From NCBI GenBank assembly GCA_016748015.1, contig JAAOMT010000577.1, positions 124,001-188,000 of the forward strand: a DNA stretch of 64,000 nt, in the 5' to 3' direction. Below, in pieces: positions 1-12,610 of the stretch. The notes below the pieces were generated by a model that saw only the letters and a program-made list of their open reading frames with translations, was not told where the DNA came from and ran no database searches. Positions within the stretch are counted from its first letter, which is position 1. Every line of letters starts with the position of its first letter. A program made the translations under genes and the position numbers. The DNA is from Geosiphon pyriformis uo1 (taxonomy: Eukaryota > Fungi > Glomeromycota).

Positions 1-99
1 AATTAATAAATTATATTAAATTTTTTGCTTGAAATATTTGTTTATATAATTATTTTAATATATTTTTCAGCTCAAAGATGATCCAAAAATTATAATAGT

Positions 100-590
100 T
101 TCATTTCATACAAGTTGGTAGCTAATTAAATAATATCAAACCTCACCGTGAGGTTCATCAAATGGACATTCATTCGAGCATTGCGATTAGACTACTTTTG
201 AACGAAGGATAATTGAGGAATAAATTAAATTGCTGTATAGCATATGAAGATTGGTCAGTTCGCAAATGGAAAAACGTTATATGGAAGAATGGATCACATG
301 GTGATACATTGGATATTTTTCGAAAAGGGTATTCATTTCAAAATGATAACGCCCTGTCCATACTGCAAAACATGTTCAAGATTGGATAAAACAAGAGAAG
401 ATTCTCAATCTCCAGACCTTTGCTTCTAAGAAATCTTGGCAATTTTGAAAAAGCATTACAAGAAAAATAAAATTTCCAAAGTAATCAAATTGCAATATGT
501 ATTATATAAAGACAAAATATAAATGGCATGAGGCTCTTGGAAGACATGGATTAAACATCTGTCATTAATCGCAGTTATGTGATACTAGTT
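100..590 (+). mobile_element. Degenerate Tc1/mariner (IS630-Tc1) transposase remnant
   Basis: Manual translation across frameshifts gives CIAYEDWSVRKWKNVIW (resembles W..V.WSDES), YSFQNDNA..HTAKHVQDWIKQEKI (FQQDNAPxH motif) and SQSPDL..NL (SPDLNPIE motif). Contains deletions and stops. No terminal inverted repeats identified. Confidence 0.6.
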
Positions 591-1258
591 GTCAATATTG
601 AATAATAAATGTTTAGCTCTATATCAAAAAGAATATAATTGACAGAATTGAGAAAAATTTTTAAAACTGATAATTATCAAAGATTTGATTAATAATATAT
701 TGTGAATTCACAAAATTATTATTATTAAAAATGATACATAATTTATTAATTAATATAAGTTCAATTTTAATAATAATGGTTGATAATATATGAATATTTT
801 TTAATTTATAATATTTTATATTTAACATATTTCAATTATTTTTATTTTCATTATTAAAGATTTGATAATAATATAAAATTTTATCAAATTTCTTTTTCTT
901 TGATTAATTTTTGAATAATTAAATTAACAACAATTGAATTTTAATTTTATTTATCTTACCTTTTATATTTTGTTATTTTAAGAATTTTGCAATCATTAAA
1001 TACCAAAAAAATAATTTCGAGAATAATATTAAAAGCAGTTATGAAATTATTTCATTTTGGTAATGGTAATTTTATTTATGATTTTAAAGTAATATATTTT
1101 GAAATACAGAAAGTGGTGCAATTGTTCATACTGAAAACTTTTTTTTAAAAAAAACCCCCCTCTCAAAAAAACATTTTTTCGATCTGAAAATACGAGATAG
1201 AATGAATGATTGAGCATAGGATAACATTATACTTTTACGCTATGCTATTTACTACATA

Positions 1259-2983
1259 CTAATTGGATTTTGCTAATACTATGGCCTTACAAATAATTCT
1301 TCGCTTCGTGGGATTATCAAGATAAATACCAATAGCTGGGAACCCGCAGATATCTACTACCCCATTTTCATAATCCCATGATCCTTCCATCAATCCGCTA
1401 TCTAAAGGAGTTCCCGCTCCGAAGAACTTAATTTGGGGAATTTGTTCTTGGGTGTTTATCCGATAGAGAAAAATACAGATGACTTGACGAATCACTTCAG
1501 CTGCTTGACTTGGGAATTCGGCTTTGTATTCTTCTGAAAGTATTTCGCGATAGTTTTCAATTTTCTCGAGTATAATTCTCGTCAACTTTTTAAAAAAGGG
1601 TTGGTTTTGATCTGAAAACGCATGCGATCCTAGTACCGCATACACTTGTTGTCGAACCTTGATGGGAGCCATTTTGGCAAATTCATCGTTAATAATAAGA
1701 GTACTGGAATACTTTTCCATTAGGCCAATTAATGAATCTACTGTTGAAGAAATTGAGACTTCAAGGTTTCCACTGTTGTCAAATGTTGATTGTATGTTTT
1801 GGTTTTGTGCATAGTACTTTTGAATCGCATCTTGAATGGTCATTATAGTAAGTCCTTGTAATGCAAAGCTTACAGCTGTTTTTCCCTTAAAACTTGAAAT
1901 TTGGGCTTCACAATTGAAGGCCTGTAGAAGTTTTTGACAGTTTTTAGAATTTAGCTTAAAATTACTACCTCGAACCTTAGTAAAATCACGAACTAAGTTT
2001 TGCAAATTTTCAATATCTTTGGTAAGCTGAACCGTGTTATTAGGATCATCATCTTTCCAACTGATAGGGGTTGCGTTTGAAGAAGCTTCCTTAGATTTCA
2101 AGTCCAAAGAGTGCACTTTTTTTTGAAGATTTTCAATTTCAGATCGAGCTTTGATAGAACTCTCTGAAATATTTTCTGATTGTTTAGATTCTTGAACAAA
2201 ATTACTTTTGTTAAATATATTGGTGGTGGCAGGATGCAATAAATCCAGATCATTAACACCATCATCATAATCTTTAATATCTTTAAACTCATTTAGGATA
2301 GATTTTGACTTTTTTTTTCCCTTCAAAACGTGACCAAAGGAGCGAAAAGCGAGAATGCGTTGAAGACATATCCAGCGTAGGCAGCGAGTTTCTGAAATGC
2401 GAACTTTGCTTAAATAATCGTTATGAAAACTTTTCCAGTTTTTGATTACACCAAAGACTCTCAAATTCTGAAAAATATATTCCATTATTTGGTTCCTTTT
2501 ATTCTCATCGTTTTGTTTTCGAGCTTTAGCATATGACTGGAGTAGATCTTTCATGAGTTTGTTGGATTCCATCTCTATATAGCCCTCTTGACAACACTCA
2601 TCTAGTATATCTCGGATTGTAAAGAATTTGGGTAATTGCGCAGGTTCCTCAACATCTGCAACCATAATGAAGAGTAATACATATTCCTCAATAGTTTGCG
2701 CGATTCCATAAGTGTTGAAAATTATACTATAATGGTCTTGAACGCAAATGTCACCGTTCCCTTCAGGAAGGGGATGTTGAGGGCGAGTGTGATCGCGATT
2801 GTAATAATATCCAGAATTTTTTCTCGAGTTAGAGGGCTGAGTTTGAGACCGGTGGCTTGAACGGTTTTGATGAGTCTTCTCTGGCTTGTGTACTAATTCA
2901 TACTCTTGTTCACCTCCTGTGAAATTTTGATTTTGGTTCAAATTTTCAGGGGCGTACTTGCGAAGTGGGTCAGTTTGAGCCAT
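1259..2983 (-). CDS. Glomeromycotina-type coiled-coil protein of unknown function (xPxKxRQQVYAVLG family)
   Basis: Long uninterrupted ORF (track 1259..3001); first ATG at 2983; an upstream exon is possible (acceptor near 3005). Shares W.DDD.NN.VQL..I..LQ, P.K.RQQVYAVLG and V.IC.FP.I...R...KA.V motifs with the gene at 52895-54844. Confidence 0.75.
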   Translation of the reverse strand: MAQTDPLRKYAPENLNQNQNFTGGEQEYELVHKPEKTHQNRSSHRSQTQPSNSRKNSGYYYNRDHTRPQHPLPEGNGDICVQDHYSIIFNTYGIAQTIEEYVLLFIMVADVEEPAQLPKFFTIRDILDECCQEGYIEMESNKLMKDLLQSYAKARKQNDENKRNQIMEYIFQNLRVFGVIKNWKSFHNDYLSKVRISETRCLRWICLQRILAFRSFGHVLKGKKKSKSILNEFKDIKDYDDGVNDLDLLHPATTNIFNKSNFVQESKQSENISESSIKARSEIENLQKKVHSLDLKSKEASSNATPISWKDDDPNNTVQLTKDIENLQNLVRDFTKVRGSNFKLNSKNCQKLLQAFNCEAQISSFKGKTAVSFALQGLTIMTIQDAIQKYYAQNQNIQSTFDNSGNLEVSISSTVDSLIGLMEKYSSTLIINDEFAKMAPIKVRQQVYAVLGSHAFSDQNQPFFKKLTRIILEKIENYREILSEEYKAEFPSQAAEVIRQVICIFLYRINTQEQIPQIKFFGAGTPLDSGLMEGSWDYENGVVDICGFPAIGIYLDNPTKRRIICKAIVLAKSN

Positions 2984-3425
2984 TTTGGAGAGAATATCCA
3001 AGACCTAAAAAAGCCAAATGATTTATTGATGACTAGATGTTAAATCAACATTATTGCAATCAAAATCAAGCAAATAAGTAATCTCCGCATTTGGGTGTTT
3101 ATGGCCACAGATTCCGTTATATTTGCTGTTATTAAGATATCTTATAGGAGATTATTATTTGAGATAATTGTAAGATGATTAGTTGGCATTTCACATGACC
3201 ACTAGTCAATTAGAAATTGAGAAACTTCATCTGATAATCAAAAAGAAATTAACAGGGGAAATGTTATTTTATTTTTATTCTATATACACAATTATTATAT
3301 TTTGGGATCTTTTTACAAAGATTCTGTATCTAATAAGGAATTCTAGTGACATTTTGGATAAAGTACAAGAATTTGTAAAATTTGCTAACTTCAAAATTGT
3401 ACTTGCATATTATGGGGAGGATAAA

Positions 3426-5353
3426 TTATGGATATCTTAATGCTGCGGCAAAATCAACTCCATCTCGTGTTTCAAATCTTAGTTTGATTTTGTCTAAATC
3501 CGCAATTTCAGCATCCAGGTTGATTTTCATTGGTTTACTTGTGTGCGAGTCGATATCTGGTTCTATTTTAAAAAGGGCGAGAGTATAGCCAGTAATCATA
3601 AACATTTCTCGGTAGGCAAGATTGATTCCGGGACAACCTCGGCGACCTTTGCCAAAAGTCTAAGCAAATGCAATGATAAATTTTCAGACAATTATTGGAT
3701 CACTAATAGGATAAAATATTGAAGATTAACTTACCCAAGGATCGAGATTATCGTCATGGGCGATGTAATGGCCTTGTTCATCAAGATATCTTTCTGGCCA
3801 GAATTTTTCGGGATTTTGATAAACCAAAGGATTTTTATTGATTGGTCCAAGATTAAGTACGATGGAGGCATCGGCTGGGATGTGATAACCACGATATATA
3901 TTATCGTATGTTGCTTTATGAGGGAAACCAAATGGCGCGATCGGTCTGTTGAAAATCATAAATCCAGTTTAAAAACGAAATAAGGGTTTTATGGTGAAGT
4001 CAATAGTTTTTGAAACTTCAAAATTTACTCACTTGAATCTTATTACTTCTTTGATTACAGCTCTCATATAGTGTAAATCAGACTCTTGCTCTAAGGTATA
4101 CAGTTTTCCTTTTCCGGCTACCTTGTCTAATTCGTCTTGTATACGTTTTTGCACTTCAGGAAATGCTGCCATAAAGAGAAGCACACGATATTGGGAGGAC
4201 ATGGTGCTGCGAGTGGCGGCAAACATAAAAGTGTTACAAAGATCTGACGCGTCTTTGAGGCCATTCTCACTATTACTTGTTGAATATTGATCGTCTTTTT
4301 TGACATTTTTGAGCATTTGAGCTGCGAAACAAGTTTCCGTGGTCGGACCATTTTTTTCCATTCGCTTCTGAGTCTCGTTGAAAAGTTGTTCAGTAATGTC
4401 TCGGTAGTCTTGTCTGGCTGCAATGACTTTTCGCTCAAATTCTTTGGAACTTGGAAGATAACGAAGTAACGGGAAATAATCAAGTAAAGTGGCTCGAATT
4501 CCAAAGATGAAGTTAAATTTTTCCGCTGCTTGATTGTATTTTACGAGTAAAGGATCATTTTGACCAAGCTTTACTCTATAACCGTAAACAATTATAGCAA
4601 AAGTGTTTGTTAACATGAGTCCAAGGTCTTGTTTTATATTCACGGCGGGGTCTTCATTGATTGTTTTTGCTTGAAGTCGGCGTAAAAATAATCGAATTTG
4701 GTCATCAATTATAGGTTGATAAGCTGTATCAATGATATTTTGTCGAACTCCCAGCGAAATAGAGCTTCGCATTCTTTTCCAGCTGCTACCATACTTTAAA
4801 AAAAAGAGGATTTATGAACTTCAATTTTTTTTGATTAATGACAAAGTTTTAAAAAAAAAAAAAAAAAAAAAGTAATCAGTCATTACCGGAGCTACTAAAA
4901 CACTTTTAGAGTCTTTTAACCAAACATCAGTCAAGATATGACTTCTCTGGAAGGGAAAAATCATAGTTAGTTTCATCTATTGAAAGCTTGAAAAAAAGGA
5001 TAAGCATTAATTTCATTTCAATATCTTACCATTCTCGAAGAATAAATAGATCCAGCAGATATGAATAAGTCTTGAGCGACTTCTGTATCACTAATTACAA
5101 TCAAAGTTCTTGTTCCTATTTTAACTTTGTAAATTGGACCATATTGTTTGGCCCAGCGTGTAAAAGTATTTTCCATAGGTTCTGTTAACTTATGCAGACT
5201 ACCAATTATTGGAATTGGAGTTGGTCCGGGCAGAGGAATGGCACCATCAAGTAATAAATTTTTCAATTTTTTACTCGTAAACAATTGCCATATTGATAAC
5301 ATGAGGAAACTAATAAAACAAAAGTCAAAAAAGAAATTCATTGTATAGATCAT
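3426..5353 (-). CDS. Cytochrome P450, 5 exons (~5353-5030, 4946-4887, 4793-4033, 3945-3735, 3659-3426)
   Basis: N-terminal membrane anchor and PGPTPIPIIG hinge, EVIR (ExxR), PERY and heme motif FGKGRRGCPG. GT-AG introns restore one reading frame ending at TAA 3426. Confidence 0.93.
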
Positions 5354-5976
5354 ATTTTACAAAGATTTCTTTAAGATGAAGTTTTAGCTACAAGTATTTT
5401 CTTTCAAGACAAAAGTTAAAAATTTGATGAAGTAGTTTTTCTTTTTCTAATTTTTATCAGTTTCTCTTTGTCAACTTATATATCTGGGACAAAAAATTAA
5501 ATCGAACATGTGGATAAACGATCGAATACCCTTTTTGTCAATTGATTTTGGGATTTTAAAGTTGATATTTACGTCTATTGAACGTCATAATTTGTGAACT
5601 TATGGTCATATCTGATTACAGCAGTTAGCGGTCCATCGATTTTTACTACACCAGTCTGTGGAAATTGGTAAAATTCAAATGAAAGCCGAAACGATACATG
5701 ATTTGAAAGGGATCTTCGAACTTTATCTGAAGAGGTAAAAACCAACAATGGATAGGGAACTGTCTGACTCAAGAATAATGTCAAGATAAATGAAGGCTAA
5801 AACAAAACCAGTGGAAATGATTTTTTTTCCCGATTAGAAACGGCTCAAAGGAAATGATTATTTTTAGGCTGAAAATAATTTAATCTTTTGAGTAAAAGAT
5901 CGAATTTAACATCTCTAAATTTGAGGCTATCTTGAATGCCTTACTTGAAATACGATCCAAAACTGAATTAAAAAGA

Positions 5977-6117
5977 TGCTGATTTCTAATCATTGAGAGA
6001 AATCCACAATTGAGCTAAATATGCTGATTTTTAATCATCGACTAAATATGTTGATTTTTAATGATTTAGAGAATCCACAATTGACTAAATACGTTAATTT
6101 TTAATCATTGAGAGAAC
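5977..6117. repeat. Imperfect tandem repeat, about 4 units of 27-45 bp (tgctgatttttaatcattgagagaatccacaattgactaaata-like)
   Basis: Direct reading of the repeated units; the second unit is internally shortened. Confidence 0.75.
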
Positions 6118-8084
6118 TCAAAGGATCGTGCACCAAAATGCTTAAAATAGGAAAGTTTTTTCTCGCAAGATCAGATTACCCCGATTCCCCTCCCTACAAA
6201 TAAATCTCCCTTTATATATTTTAACTCCAAATGTTCTTTAACAAAAAATTATTATATCTTTTTGGAATATGATATTCACAATAAAAATTCATCATTTCAG
6301 AATTGAGTTTTTAAAACAATACAAGGAGAAATGTTTTCATTTATCAAAATTATTGTTTCAATAGAGTATAAAATGTAGTAAATTTAGAAATCTAATTTTT
6401 TTTTAGTTCAAATTAAAGCTGAAAATTTAAGCCATTATAGCAAAAAGAACTTCAATAATGAATTTTGAAAATAGTTATTAAGTTTAAATTTTTTTCTTTA
6501 TTGTTTTAAATTTAATTTTTTTTTGACAAAAAACTATTAACTAACTTGATCTAAAAATCGCCAAAATTTTAAGAACTTGATACAACATTCATTTACATGG
6601 ATAGTCCATTTAAATTTTTCATTATTTATTCCCTATCTTTAAAAAAAAAGCTACTTTGTTATATAAATTCAAAAATATCAAGAATGAAAAAACTCCTTAT
6701 TACCCCAGTGTACAAAATATTTAATGTCAATCACTGAACCGAATCTTTGAAATTTACATGTCTCACTTTGACTAAGAATCTTTGTTTTTGCCTAAGAGTG
6801 GTTTCACTCGATCTATAGAATGACAAATGAGCCATGATTTCAGTTATTAAAACTTTGAAATTAATTTATCTAAACAACGTGACATATCTGATAATTTGAA
6901 AAAGCTTTTACTTTTAATAATGAATGTAAAAATGAACTCATATTCATTAATTTTCCCAAATTACTCAACTTTTTTTATCCCTTAAACTATCATAATTAAT
7001 AATATTATATCAGTTTTTTATTGATAACGGGAACCTCAAATAACTGATTTCTATTTTTAGAGGATCCAAACAATTTGTGAATCAGCTGTTTCATGCATAA
7101 TTGACATTTAATGAGATCCCTTCTTTTAAAATTAAATTCCAAATACAATTTAATTTGAATAAATACTTTGTTTTTTGTTATTCAACTTTAGAAAAATCCA
7201 AATAAAGAAACTCATTTTGCAAAAATTTAAATTTCTATCTAGTTAAAATCTGGACAAAATTTTTACTCTGTTCACTGAGTATTCAATTAAAGACAAAAAT
7301 ATCATTGGGACAGATATTATGAAAATTATTGCCCATAAAATTAAATGTTACTATATTGTCAAATATTTTTTATTCATGAAAAGTGAAATTATAAATTTTT
7401 ACATTCTTTTCACATTAAAATTTGACCTCCTTTTACTTTAAAGTTGGAGATAACTTTAAATATTTGAAGACAACCAGGATTTTTTCAAACCCTCTTGAAT
7501 ATTTGATAAAATGTTATTTGGAGTCTGGGAGAGAGAATTTATTTAAAAAATTAATCGAAAAATTATTCAAAATATATGAGATTTATTGTTTTAATGCTCC
7601 CAACTAATTTTATTGCCACTATTGTGGTATAATTTTAATTTCCTGATAGTAAAGGTAACAGGGAGATATTTATCTTTTTGCGCGCAAATTTTATCGGAAT
7701 ATTAAAAACTATAAAACAGCTAACGTTTCATGATCAAAATATTACGCATTGCATGAAAGATGAGCAAATCACAAATGATAAAAATAGTGTGACAATTATA
7801 ACATTTAGTATGAGAGTATTTCATATCTCAACCAGTCTGAAACCTGTTCATCAGCTTGGTCACCACATAAATAGATTTCAAGGGTTGATGTTTTACCAGC
7901 TATCTCGAATTTTACAAAGAATTTTCATTTATCAGGAGACTTTTTTTTTGCCTGTTTTATCATTTCATTTTGCCCCGTTTAACGATAGACATTTTCCAAG
8001 CTATCTTTCCATTCCTGAATACTTGATTCAAATAAGCTATACCCTGCTCTTCACTGACAAGATATATATAGAAATTTAAAGGGA

Positions 8085-9392
8085 ATGGATCAAGGCAATT
8101 TTCAAACAACAAACGATGAATGGGTTGGTTCCATTATGCCAATGCTATTCTCATTTGAAGATAATTCACCTGAAGATGAAGGAAATAGCGTTGAAATTAT
8201 GAAGGAACCGCAAGACCATCCTATCATTATTGAAATTTTAACGCGTACAGAATTTTCAGTATTCGATATATCAAAAATCTCTCCATTATTTCAAAATCTA
8301 TCAGAGCAAAATTCAAAGATATTGGCCGATTTTCTCAGTTATTATTATCAATTATCATATGTTACTGGAGATGATGTCGATGTAGTCTGTCGTATGAGAC
8401 GATGGCTTTCTGAGGAAAGACAGTCGGCTGAATTTCTCTTTGAATTGGTGAAAAGTCAATCAAAATTATCCCAATGTGCTTCATTACTTGGTTATCTTTA
8501 CAATTTCGGGATAGGAACAAAAGTTGACGAAGCAAAAGCATTAGAGTGGTATGAAATTGCGGCCAAATGTGATGATTCTTTTGCTGCAAATCAAGCTGGT
8601 AAGTCTTATTTCAGCTACAATTCCTTTGAAAGTTAATCGTATTATATTCTTTTTCTGCCGATCTCGAGAATACTAACAATCACTTGTTCTTCCCTCCCCC
8701 NNNNNNNNNNNNNNNNNNNNCCCCCCCCCCCCCCCCCTCAAAGGTTATTTGTATTGTTGGGGAATTGGAACAAAGAAAAATTTACCACGAGCGTTAATGT
8801 ATTTTGAGCAATCAGCTCAATTGGGAGACCCTCAGGGTCATGGAAACCTTGCATATGCTTATTTGAAAGGTTGGATTATTACAACATTCACCTGAAACAG
8901 TCAATTATTATCTCAGCTGTTAAAAGACCTTCATACTTTTATATTCCAGGAGCTGGGGTACCACAAGACCAACAAAAAGCTTTTTTAATTTATCAAAAAG
9001 CAGCTGAAAGTGATGCACCTGTGACATTTCTTGATTTGGCTGGATGTTACCGACAAGGTCTTGGTGTAGGAAAAGACGAATCAAAGGCCGTCTTCTGGTA
9101 CCATAAAGCGGCTTATGGTGGGAATCTTTTAGCCCAGAATGAACTCGGCTTTTGTTACTTGAACAGCATTGGTATTCCCAAAAATTATAGATGGGCGAAA
9201 TATTGGTTTACGAAATCAGGTGAAGGTGGACATATGACTGGTCAGTTCAATGTTGGATACTGCTATGAGAATAGAGTGGGGACAATGCATGATATGCACG
9301 CTGCTTTTCAGTGGTATAAAAAGGCCACCCAAAATAATCATAATGGCGCCTCGCTGGCTATTTCTAGAATTTTTGATGAATATCATGTTTAG
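8085..9392 (+). CDS. Sel1-like repeat protein, 3 exons (~8085-8598, 8744-8869, 8950-9392)
   Basis: Repeated LGxxYxxGxGxxxDxxKAxxWYxxAA motifs. GT-AG introns; the first intron contains a poly-C run and a 20-N gap. Confidence 0.88.
8701..8720. other. Assembly gap within a poly-C tract
   Basis: 20 N flanked by C homopolymers. Confidence 0.95.
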
Positions 9393-9696
9393 AATTTACA
9401 TTGGTTTAGCCTATAAATACGAACTTTTTAATGCAATATTTATTGTTAATAATAAAGTTACTTCCAAGTGTATTGTTTCATCTAGCAGAAAAATGAAACT
9501 TGATTTTCCTCATTCTGATTAAAATTCAGTCAATAGCAAGGAAAATGAATCCATGAATTCATTTTCCTAAATCGGCTGTCGCTCAAAGCCAAAATTTACC
9601 AATTTAGCTTCCCAATGAAGATAAGGCTCTAATTTGATTCGGCATATCTGTATTAAAAACACTTGGGATTAAATTTTTTTCAACCATTCTAAACAG

Positions 9697-10369
9697 AATC
9701 TTCCAAAGACAATAACCGAACTCAACCAATTAATTGGTCATGATCACGGAGCCTCTACCCATAATTCAACGAATGAGCACGAAATACGTTTCATAGGGCC
9801 TTTTAGTTTAACAGTTCCTCAAAAAGGGGATTACGCTGATCCTTTAAATATTTTGATATCACAATTCCAGGAAACAGACTGTAAAGATATTTACAATCTT
9901 CTTCGCCCAGAAAACCCATATTCGAGCTACATTCACAAATGGACGCTTCGAATCCCAAATCCCTATACTCTTGACAATGCTAAAGAATTCATTTCATTGT
10001 GTTACAAATTCAAAAGATGGTCAATTTATTGATTCAATTGGCCTCTTGCCAGTTTCAGAAATCAATGGTAATATCATCCAAGAAAGTAAATACAGTGATA
10101 TTGAAAATATGATTGAAATAGGTTACTACATTTCTGGTCAGTATCAAAATCGAGGAATTATGACAGCAGCTGTCAAATTTATTTCTGATGAGATTGCGTT
10201 CAATGGAATGGGAAAAAGTGTGGTCAGGGCCATTATTTTTGATGGGAATATTGGCAGTGCAAAGGTTTTGGAAAAGGCTGGGTTTGTTAAGGAGGCTTTT
10301 TTGCCAGGTGCTTATCTCAAAAATGGGGAAAGGTTGGATGTTATTAAGTATTTAAAAAAATTTTATTAG
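9697..10369 (+). pseudogene. RimJ/RimL-type GNAT N-acetyltransferase, frameshifted near 10000
   Basis: One frame gives ...WTLRIPNPYTLDNAKEFI... and stops near 10030. A second frame continues DGQFIDSIGL...EIGYYISGQYQNRGIMT...NIGSAKVLEKAGF. No plausible intron bridges the shift, and no in-frame ATG was found for the first part. Confidence 0.65.
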
Positions 10370-10652
10370 GTTTGAAAGCTTGGAAATATCTCTTAAAACA
10401 AAGACTGAAACCCATTTTTTGTATTTCTCATTTAACTTTAAATAAAGCAGCTCAAGGGAAATTAAAAATTTGATTTAACTTTATATTTGTATGAAAAAAT
10501 TTTTTTTTTTTTTTGAGTATTCAAGAAAAAGTTATCTCACCAAGATACCTATTTCTACTCAAGTTCTAATTGACTTGTTTATCTCGACTCGTAGAAATAT
10601 CCATAAAAGACTTTGCATTGCCGTCTGGCCAAACTAGGTCATTTTGAATATG

Positions 10653-11738
10653 TTACAAATTCTGTAATTTGAATATAATGTGCAATTGACTATAGGCTCC
10701 GGAATATCCCTCATGGCATGCACGTTTGTACCATTTTATAGAATTATGAAGATCTATTACTCCTCCAAATCCAGCCTGGAAGGCATAGCCCAAATTATGC
10801 TGCCCAACGGTATTTCCTCCAAGTGCTGCTAATTCATAACAATTCATGGCCTTGTTTTTATCAGATTTGACCCCAATTCCAAGTTGAAAACAATATCCAA
10901 GTTCACAACGTGCATTAATATCCCCAAGTTCAGCTGCGGTTTTATACCAACCAAAAGCCTGCAATAAATTTTTTTCAACCCCTCGACCTTCCCGATACAT
11001 TCCCGCCATTTGAAACTGAGAATCGGTATTGCCAAGTTTGGCCGATTCTTGATATAGTTCAAAGGCTGTCTCCTCAGATTGCCTCAGTCCTTGCCCGTTC
11101 TGATAACAATAAGCTAAATTATAAAGTCCATAACCATGTTTCTTGGCTGCAGCCTTTTTATAGTAAGAAATCGCCATTTCAATATTCTTTTCAACCCCAT
11201 CTCCGTTGCGATAACAGTTACCCAAATTGCACATTGAACCGGCATCACCTCCCTCAGCAGCCTGCATATAAAATTTTATGGCTTTTGCGACATCTCGTTT
11301 CGTACCAACACCTTTTTCGTAACATTGACCAAGCCAGCCAAGTCCCATGGCGTATCCCAAATCAGCGGATCTTTGAAACCAATAAAATGCTTTATCCGGA
11401 TCTCTTCTTATCCCAACAGCTTCATGATAAGACCATCCAACTTGATTTGCTGCGACACGGTCTCCAGCTACAGCAGCCATTTTATAGTAATGAACCATTT
11501 GCACCTTATCAACTTCAGTTCCAATTCCGCAACAAAGAAGAAATGCATATAGGGTGGTGTATTTCAAGTCATTGCGTCTTTTATGAACCATTTCAAATAT
11601 TATTTCTGCTGATTGATCATGGGATTTCAACCATTCTGAAACTTTCTCCACGATTATTAGGTCATCTTCATAATCGTCACAGCCTTTGTTGAATATTGCA
11701 AGAAGTTCTTCGATTAGTGATCTCTCAGGTTCGCTCAT
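10653..11738 (-). CDS. Sel1-like repeat protein, single exon, 361 aa
   Basis: Intact ORF with about 8 Sel1 repeats after a short helical N-terminal region. Confidence 0.92.
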   Translation of the reverse strand: MSEPERSLIEELLAIFNKGCDDYEDDLIIVEKVSEWLKSHDQSAEIIFEMVHKRRNDLKYTTLYAFLLCCGIGTEVDKVQMVHYYKMAAVAGDRVAANQVGWSYHEAVGIRRDPDKAFYWFQRSADLGYAMGLGWLGQCYEKGVGTKRDVAKAIKFYMQAAEGGDAGSMCNLGNCYRNGDGVEKNIEMAISYYKKAAAKKHGYGLYNLAYCYQNGQGLRQSEETAFELYQESAKLGNTDSQFQMAGMYREGRGVEKNLLQAFGWYKTAAELGDINARCELGYCFQLGIGVKSDKNKAMNCYELAALGGNTVGQHNLGYAFQAGFGGVIDLHNSIKWYKRACHEGYSGAYSQLHIIFKLQNL

Positions 11739-11959
11739 ATTTTCACAGCACTGAATGATTTTCGAAAAACCAAATCAAACACGAAGTCGAATCGTCACCA
11801 GAGAATCAGAGCTGTAAATCATAGAATGACCATTCAAAACTTAGAAAATCTAAGCTCAGTAATTATTTACCTCTTTTAGTTGCATTGGCAAAATTGATTT
11901 ATACTTTATGTATTACAAATTTAAATGTAACGATTTCCCAGAGTTACGTTTCACCAATA

Positions 11960-12610
11960 ACCTGAGGAACTTATATAAATATATTCTCCTCTTGTGAAAG
12001 GCCAAAACCTGGGAGCATTAAAACTTCTGATATCCAATTAAATCCGTTCCTTAATGTCTTATTTCACATGATATTTCAGGCTATAGCACCAGGACTTTAA
12101 ATTCGCAGCTTCTTTTCTATTTCCAGCTCGGTTTCCAATAACCTTTACCTTATACTTGTGATAAACCAATGATAAAAGAACTTGAGTCAAACACAGTGTG
12201 ACTATAAGAATATGTTCAAACTCCCCAGGGAATCATTAACCTACTAAACTTTTTAGCATTCTGATTCATTTTTAGATTTAAAAATTTTCTTCCTTTTGTT
12301 ATATATAAATAGAATTCGCCAAATTCGTAATTCATTTGATAGAGAATCGTAAGAATTGATGCAGGAGTCTGGGTTGGAAAACTTTGAAATTTTTCACTTA
12401 TAAATTAAAATTAGCTTCTTTTTATGCTAGATTTTAAAGCTCATTTTGTTCGACTAATTTTTAAAGAGCCAAGAACTTGAATTTTGCTAAGAGTTTTCAT
12501 GACTAGCTTTAAAATTCTCTAACATTGAGGTTCAAGACAAAAAAGCAAATTAAGTAGGCTATTGGAAAAATATACAAGTTAAAGGGAATAAATTCAATAG
12601 TTATGGTTAC
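11960..12610 (+). pseudogene. Degraded inverted partial copy of the SDR gene 3' end and its 3' flank
   Basis: 12290-12387 (aatagAATTCGCCAAATTCGTAATTCATTTG...GATGCAGGAGTCTGGGTTGGAAAACTTTGA) matches the reverse complement of 18962-19080. An AIAPG fragment, intron sequence and downstream flank (about 12400-12610 vs 18655-18940) are also shared. Confidence 0.8.

Noticed and set aside
5977-6117. Possible CRISPR-like array
   Set aside because: No unique spacers, units are imperfect and adjacent, context is eukaryotic and there are no cas genes.
7422-8079. ORFs of 61 and 133 aa upstream of the Sel1 gene
   Set aside because: TTG starts, AT-biased composition and no recognisable motifs; probably intergenic or UTR.
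10844-11692. Antisense and alternative-frame ORFs over Sel1 and other genes
   Set aside because: Shadow ORFs of real coding regions with no independent motifs.
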